DNA from: Paraspadella gotoi
Taxonomy: Eukaryota; Animalia; Chaetognatha
Assembly (NCBI GenBank): GCA_051294375.1
Contig: CM119269.1
Coordinates: 16,087,771-16,118,193 of the forward strand
Direction: 5' to 3'
DNA length: 30,423 nt
The notes below the pieces were generated by a model. It was not told the DNA's origin and did no database searches. It worked only from the letters and a program-made list of their open reading frames with translations. Below, piece after piece: positions 23,629 through 30,423 of the stretch; the stretch's first letter is position 1; the number at the start of each line of letters is the position of its first letter. Position numbers and translations under genes: made by a program.

Positions 23629-24402
23629 CCCTCTTCTCTTCTTCACGTTAACTGGGAAGTAAATTATCACAGTGAGGTCGTATGAGCCAGTCACAGTGTG
23701 ACCCGAGAGAGAAATCACTGGTGTGATCTTTTTCTCTTCATTCTGATAAAAAATCTTCGGCTCTAAATATTTCTCTGAGACAATCGATGAAAGAATTAAG
23801 TCTCCGATTTATATTTAAAAAGAGTTGGACACGCGAAGGCTGAAATTCAATTATGAATACTAATAATTATAGCGCCTAATCCTGACACCCAGGCTAAGCA
23901 ACCCTAATATCAGATTAGCGTGACCCACTCGTGCACAACGACAACGAAGACAACGAAAACGACAACAACGACGACGACCAAGTGGACAAAAACGATGATG
24001 CGCTTTCTCGGCTTAAAAAAAAAAATTACAACTGAACTAAGATCAACAACAGGGGGGGGGGAAAGAGTCAGAAAGAGGCTTTGGTCCGGATTTAAGAGGA
24101 TTGACGTACGGATTTTCGTACGGAAACGACGTACGAGTTCGAGATTTTAAGCCCGCGAGAGTTTTTTTTTTCAGTTTTATGAAGTCCCTTTTAATCTGTC
24201 GCCAGTGAAAAACCATCGGCGGTAGAGCGTCGCTCAAGAGCGAAAGCCGGCTTTTATGCAGCTCGCCTCTTTCAAGCTTCATGGGATTTTTTCGAAGCGG
24301 CGGCCAAGGTTGTCGTTGTTGTTGTTGTTGTCGGTATGCTCTTTTCACGATGTCGTGAATAATGTGATTCTTTTGAATTCGCCGTCAGAGTTCTAGTTGT
24401 TA

Positions 24403-24440
24403 TCGTCGTCGTCGTCGTCGTCGTTGTTGTTGTTGTTGTT
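24403..24440 (+). repeat. Compound (TCG)n(TTG)n trinucleotide microsatellite
   Basis: Directly visible. Similar compound arrays lie at 2269-2321 and 24309-24331. Confidence 0.9.
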
Positions 24441-25274
24441 ATGTTTTTCCCGTGATATCATCGCCCTCCGGGTTTGTTTGCATACATTACGATAATGAAA
24501 GAACTGATTTGATCTATAATGTGACAATTGTTACTTGTTTCCTGCATCTCTCACGGTTCCTAGAAATTCATTGCGTCATGCAAATTTCCTTTAAGGTGAG
24601 TTTCTTTGATTTTCTTTATAAATCATCGGTCAGCTGGGCGCATACACTCACACAAAAAAAGTAAGTTTTTCTAATTCCAAGAAAAAACTTTATCATCATG
24701 TTTTTCGCATCAACCTTCCGAACCGATAAGACTTGAAAACAAAAAAAAAAGAGCATCGAGGTTTGGGCGCCAAAAATCAATTCGAATTTGGTAGAGGAAT
24801 GAGAAAGGGAGGGGCAGACAGAAGGGGAATGAGGAGGTGGGCTTTTAAAAAGGAGAGAGGGAGAGAAACAAAGAGAGAGCAATGAGAGAGAGCGAGATAG
24901 TAAAGACGTAAATTCACAAGGAAAGAACTTGAAAGCTCGCGCCGTGAAAATCTTGAATTTCTCGGCTCCGGATTTTTTTTACGGGTGAATTCATTCGATA
25001 CTATCCCATCTTCTACGATCCGATCCAAAACATTTTTTTCCCCTCGATTGATTTTTTTTTTCACCCCCGTCATCTCCCAAGCTTCGGCCCGCACCCCGTG
25101 CCTTAAAAATAAATAACAAACCTTCCTCTCCCGCCCAAAAACATCACCTAGCCTCCACCGCGGCCAAACGTAAAATCCTGAATCACATTAGAAAAAAATT
25201 CGGGAGAAGATAAGACTCGCGTTGGCGAGACATGAGACTTGGGTTCTGGTGGGAGGAAAGAAGAGAGATAAAAA

Positions 25275-25543
25275 TAAAAATAAAAAAAAAATCCACTTTG
25301 TAGAAAAATTATGACAAATCACGTCGAGAAACTGGATCGTTGTTAAAAATCGGGGCTGAGCCGTTTCGCGCCCGACATTCGCCCGTCGTTAGAAAAAAAA
25401 TGATGATACTCAAAAAAAAAACTTGAGGGGGGAGGAGTGGATGTAAAAAAGGTCAGAAGTTGAGAGAGAGGAGAGAGAGAGAGAGAGAGAGAAGAGAAGA
25501 GAGAGAGAGAGAGAGGCGAGAAGAGAAGAGAGAGAGAGAGAGA

Positions 25544-25627
<84 letters not shown>

Positions 25628-25748
25628 TTCAGTTTCTTTTCTTTGTGTTGTTTTTTAACCTCGTTTCTTCCTGAACAAAAAAGAGAGAGAATGATTGGTA
25701 GTAAGATTTTTTTTATCGATCCTTCGAGTAGCGATTCTTTTTTTTTGG
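25275..25748 (+). repeat. Copy A of a ~0.5 kb block (atccactttgtagaaaaattatgac...(GA)n...ccttcgagtagcgatt) also at 27490-28153 and 29872-30414
   Basis: Near-identical unique sequence in all three places. Copy A ends at a 25-N gap and has a different left flank. Confidence 0.95.
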
Positions 25749-26932
25749 NNNNNNNNNNNNNNNNNNNNNNNNNGAGAAAAGCGTAGTTGGGGGGAGAAGG
25801 GATTGGGGGGGGAGGACAGAGGGCGCCATCTTCTTCTACGATCGCCTTTTTTTTCAGATCTTACGCGAAACAAAGAAAAAAAATATTCACCCGTTGGATA
25901 AGATTTTTTTTTCTTTTCGAGGGTGGAGGTTAAGAAAAAAAAATTGTTTTTTGAATTTTTTGTTTTTTAAATAATGAAATCTTTCATCGAATTATGTCAG
26001 GTGTTTAAGATTTAAAGTCACCCGATGTTTCGCAGCTGGCGATTGTTTCTTGTTTAATTATAGAGAAACGCTGTGTGGTTAAAAGTTTTCGGGTGTAAAA
26101 ATGTTTTAAAATGTATCAATTAGATCGTATACAATTTTAGTTTGCTTTTCTCCTTATGATAGAAAGTTTTAATAAATTCTTTTTTTTTTACACATTTACC
26201 GTCTTTTTTTGAACACAAAATTGTTTTAAAAAATTAAAATTAGAAGAAAATATGAGTGAGAAATTAATTATGTGAGAATTATGGCCTCGAGGAGAATCAA
26301 CTTCGTTTTTTCGACGAAGAAGTGAGAAACATAGAGAAAGAAAGAAAAGAAAAGAAAAGTAAGGTTGATCGAAGGAAGGTTTTAAAGTATAAGGTTGATA
26401 TTTAAGCTGGAGGTCAAAGTAAGGAATGAAAAGAATATAAGGTAAAGAGTAAAGAATTTACCAAATTAGTGAATAAAACAAAGATGAGAGTCTAAGTATC
26501 AAAGCAACGAAAAAGAAAGATGATACGAAAAGAGAAACAAAAAAAATATACTTTGCAATAATACTACAAATAGTTGAAAAAAAAAAAGAGAGAGCAACGC
26601 TTATCGCGAAAAGCTTCTCTAAACTATGACGCCAACTACTCACAAGGGTGTGAGGCCCAATCGGAAGGCCAACCCGATGGGGTGGAGCCCAAATCCATTT
26701 TTCCTCGAGTAGAAAAAAAAAGAGAGAGAGAATAAAAAAAAAAAGAAGAAAAAAGTAGCGGTAGGAGAGTAAAAAGTAATTCGAGGATGAACCCAACGAA
26801 GCCTTTTTTCGCAAAGATTAAAAGGTTAAAAATCCAAAGGTCGATGTTATGGGTGGGGGTGCGGGGGGGGGCTGGAGCACGTGGCGGTGGGAAAGGGTTG
26901 GGTGGGGTGAGGATTGGACCGGGATAGAGATG

Positions 26933-27041
<109 letters not shown>

Positions 27042-27053
27042 TGAGGGACCAGC

Positions 27054-27770
27054 AGATAGACGAAGGAAGGTTTTGAGAAAGTCAATCGCGAAAACGTGAA
27101 CGACATACGAGCCAAAATTTAAACCCGTCAAAAAATATAAATATATTACTTTCGACATAAACATACATGGCGAATGCGAAACAATTATATCCTTTACCAA
27201 GCTAAGATTTCTCTTGGGTTCGATTTTCTCCTTATTGCTCCTCTATATTATCCGTGTCCTGAGCTTTCCTCGAGAATTATAAAAAATCCCTTTATGAATT
27301 TTAAAATCATTAAATCTAAATCGCGAACTTTTTAAAATCCGTCCTCAAATCCGAGACAAGACGCTGAGCAGAAATTATTTCGTAAATCAATTAAATAGTC
27401 AAAGTTCGTTATTCAAGTTTTTAAAACTAAAAACGGGCGTAAATTTAACATCGGAGCAGTCGTCAATCCCTCGACATTTGAAAAAAAAAAAAATAAAAAG
27501 AAAATCCACTTTTGTAGAAAAAAATTATGACAAATCACGTCGAGAAACTGGATCGTTGTTAAAAATCGGGGCTGAGCCGTTTCGCGCCCGACATTCGCCG
27601 CGTCGTTAGAAAAAAAATGATGATTCTCAAAAAAAAAAACTTGAGGGGGGAGGAGTGGATGTAAAAAAGGTCAGAAGTTGAGAAGAGAGAGAGAGAAGAG
27701 AGAGAGAAGAGAGAGAGAAGAGAGAAAGAGAGAGAGAGAGAGAGAAGAGAGAGAAGAGAGAGGTAGAGCA

Positions 27771-27842
<72 letters not shown>

Positions 27843-27920
27843 GAGAGAGAGAAGAGAGAGAGAGAGAGCTTCAGTTTCTTTTCTTTGTTGTTTTAGAAGT
27901 CATAAGTTCGAAGAGAGAGA

Positions 27921-27956
<36 letters not shown>

Positions 27957-27990
27957 AATGAAGAGAGAGGAGAGAGAGAGCGGAGAGAGA

Positions 27991-28026
<36 letters not shown>

Positions 28027-28162
28027 TTCAGTTTCTTTTTCTTTTGTGTTTTTTTTAACCTCGTTTCTTCCTGAACAAAAAAGAGAGAGAATGTTGGTAG
28101 TTAAGATTTTTTTTTATCGATCCTTCGAGTAGCGATTTTTTTTTTTTTTTTTGCCCCAAAAC
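27054..28162 (+). repeat. Copy B: ~1.1 kb block duplicated at 29328-30423
   Basis: agatagacgaaggaagg...gagccaaaatttaaacccgtc...cgagaattataaaaaatccc...gccccaaaac matches copy C apart from small indels and C's gaps. Confidence 0.95.
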
Positions 28163-28771
28163 GAAAGTTAATCTCTCTCTTTTCCCCAAAACGAAAGTTA
28201 TAAAAAAAATAAATTGAAAGAAACATTTTTTTTTCCTGAAAAGAAAAAAAACCAAACATCCTGAAATCTTACGGGATTGAAAAAGGATCGCTCACCCCCC
28301 CCCCTTCTTCTCGCCCAATTTTTTTTCCCCAATCGTGATTGTGTTTAAATATTCAAATTGAATTAAGACCCTTCATAAATCGAAAAAATCTTTTTTTGAG
28401 AAGAGAGCCTTGGCCATTTTTTTTTCTTTTCTTCTTTAAACAGAAAATATGTGGAAAAAAAAAGAGAACATTTTTTCCCGCAAATTTAGCGAAGAAAGAA
28501 AGAAAGGGAAAAAAAAAGAAAGCTAAGGAAGCAACGAAGGCAAAAAAATGTTAATCTAGTTAAAGAGACCCGAAAAATCGCGTTGGAATCGCGTACAAAA
28601 ATGTAAACAAAAAACAGAGAAGAGATATTTAGCCTGGAGTCGAAAATCTGGGAAGGAAATTAATGAATAACCGATACCTTTTGACGCTGAGACTGAAAAG
28701 GGTGAACGAGTCTTTTTTTTTCGTGTTTGAAGCAGCGTGACAATGAGAAAATGCTGGGAACGGGGTTGTGG

Positions 28772-28772
28772 A

Positions 28773-28860
<88 letters not shown>
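28772..28860 (+). repeat. (GAAA)n tetranucleotide microsatellite
   Basis: Directly visible perfect array. Confidence 0.97.
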
Positions 28861-29327
28861 GAAAAAGAAAGATTAATATCTGATACTCGTTATAAAACAA
28901 CATTGCCCGAGCTTTTTTCTCCGTCAAATGAATGTCAATCGAAGACACGAATTTAACTCAAACAAGAAAAAGATAAAGAAAAAAGAAAAGAAAAAAGAAA
29001 GAAAAAGAAAGAAGAAACCATCTTCAAAGATTCCACGACCTCAGCTTCAAAGGGTCAAATATTTCTTCGTTTTCACAGCGTGAATCCAACTTTTTATCAA
29101 ATCGAGCGAAATCTTTTTCCTGAAAAAAAAGTTTCACCTTCCAATCAAGCAGCTTCATTCGTGAGTCTCACTTTCAAGTTTTTCACCCAACGTCCTACAT
29201 ATATATATATATCCTTTGCCCATTTTGTGCACAAAAAAATCATTCTCACACTCAACCCATTTCACAGTCTCGATCCAAACCCCTCACATTTTCCAAGCGA
29301 ATTCATAATCGNNNNNNNNNNACCCAG

Positions 29328-30423
29328 AGATAGACGAAGGAAGGTTTGTGAGAAAGTCAATCGCGAAAACGTGAACGACATACGAGCCAAAATTTAAACC
29401 CGTCAAAAAATATAAATATATTACTCTCGACATGGCGAATGCGAAACAATTATATCCTTTACCAAGCTAANNNNNNNNNNNNNNNNNNNNNNNNNNNNNN
29501 NNNNNNNNNNNNNNNNNNNNNNNNNNNNNNNNNNNNNNNNNNNNNNNNNNNNNNNNNNNNNNNNNNNNNNNNNNNNNNNNNNNNNNNNNNNNNNNNNNNN
29601 NNNNNNNNNNNNNNNNNNNNNNNNNNNNNNNNNNNNNNNNNNNNNNNNNNNNNNNNNNNNNNNCGAGAATTATAAAAAATCCCTTATGAATTTTAAAATC
29701 ATTTAAATCTAAATCGCGGACTTTTTAAAATCCGTCCTCAAATCCGAGACAAGACGCTGGGCAGAAATTATTTCGTAAATCAATTAAATAGTCAAAGTTC
29801 AAGTTTTTAAAACTAAAAACGGCGTAAATTTAACATCGAGCAGTCGTCAATCCCTCGACATTTGAAAAAATAAAAAATAAAAAGAAAATCCACTTTGTAG
29901 AAAAATTATGACAAATCACGTCGAGAAACTGGATCGTTGTTAAAAATCGGGGCTGAGCCGTTTCGCGCCCGACATTCGCCCGTCGTTAGAAAAAAANNNN
30001 NNNNNNNNNNNNNNNNNNNNNNNNNNNNNNNNNNNNNNNNNNNNNNNNNNNNNNNNNNNNNNNNNNNNNNNNNNNNNNNNNNNNNNNNNNNNNNNNNNNN
30101 NNNNNNNNNNNNNNNNNNNNNNNNNNNNNNNNNNNNNNNNNNNNNNNNNNNNNNNNNNNNNNNNNNNNNNNNNNNNNNNNNNNNNNNNNNNNNNNNNNNN
30201 NNNNNNNNNNNNNNNNNNNNNNNNNNNNNNNNNNNNNNNNNNNNNNNNNNNNNNNNNNNNNNNNNNNNNNNNNNNNNNNNNNNNNNNNNNNNNNNNNNNN
30301 NNNNNNNNNNNNNNNTTTTTTTAACCTCGTTTCTTCCTGAACAAAAAAGAGAGAGAATGTTGGTAGTAAGATTTTTTTTTATCGATCCTTCGAGTAGCGA
30401 TTCTTTTTTTTTGGCCCCAAAAC
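29328..30423 (+). repeat. Copy C: gapped duplicate of 27054-28162
   Basis: Begins just after a 10-N gap (29312-29321). Its two internal gaps correspond to sequence present in copies A and B. Confidence 0.95.

Overview
Eukaryotic draft-assembly DNA, most likely arthropod/insect (inferred from no CpG depletion, dense (GA)n/(CGT)n microsatellites, 46-240 nt introns and a DINE-1/HINE-like element). There are no prokaryotic genes, rRNA, tRNA or CRISPR arrays. The clean parts (1-6760 and ~19870-30423) are essentially non-coding, microsatellite-rich DNA with 11 N-gaps across the window and several clusters of transcription-factor-like motifs. About 13 kb (6786-~19870), starting right after a 25-N gap, is a colinear but insertion-riddled second copy of 4273-~6520. 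It looks like an uncorrected long read pasted in by gap filling. Embedded in it is an unrelated ~5 kb AT-rich block (~10490-15560) that holds two convergent, intron-containing protein-coding genes broken by indels, which the ORF track misses, plus a HINE-like element. The 3' end has a ~0.5 kb block present three times and a ~1.1 kb block present twice, again next to gaps. I found no convincing novel biological system. The best leads are the two hidden spliced genes, the chimeric fill, and candidate enhancer motif clusters. All alignments and translations were done by eye, so boundaries are approximate.
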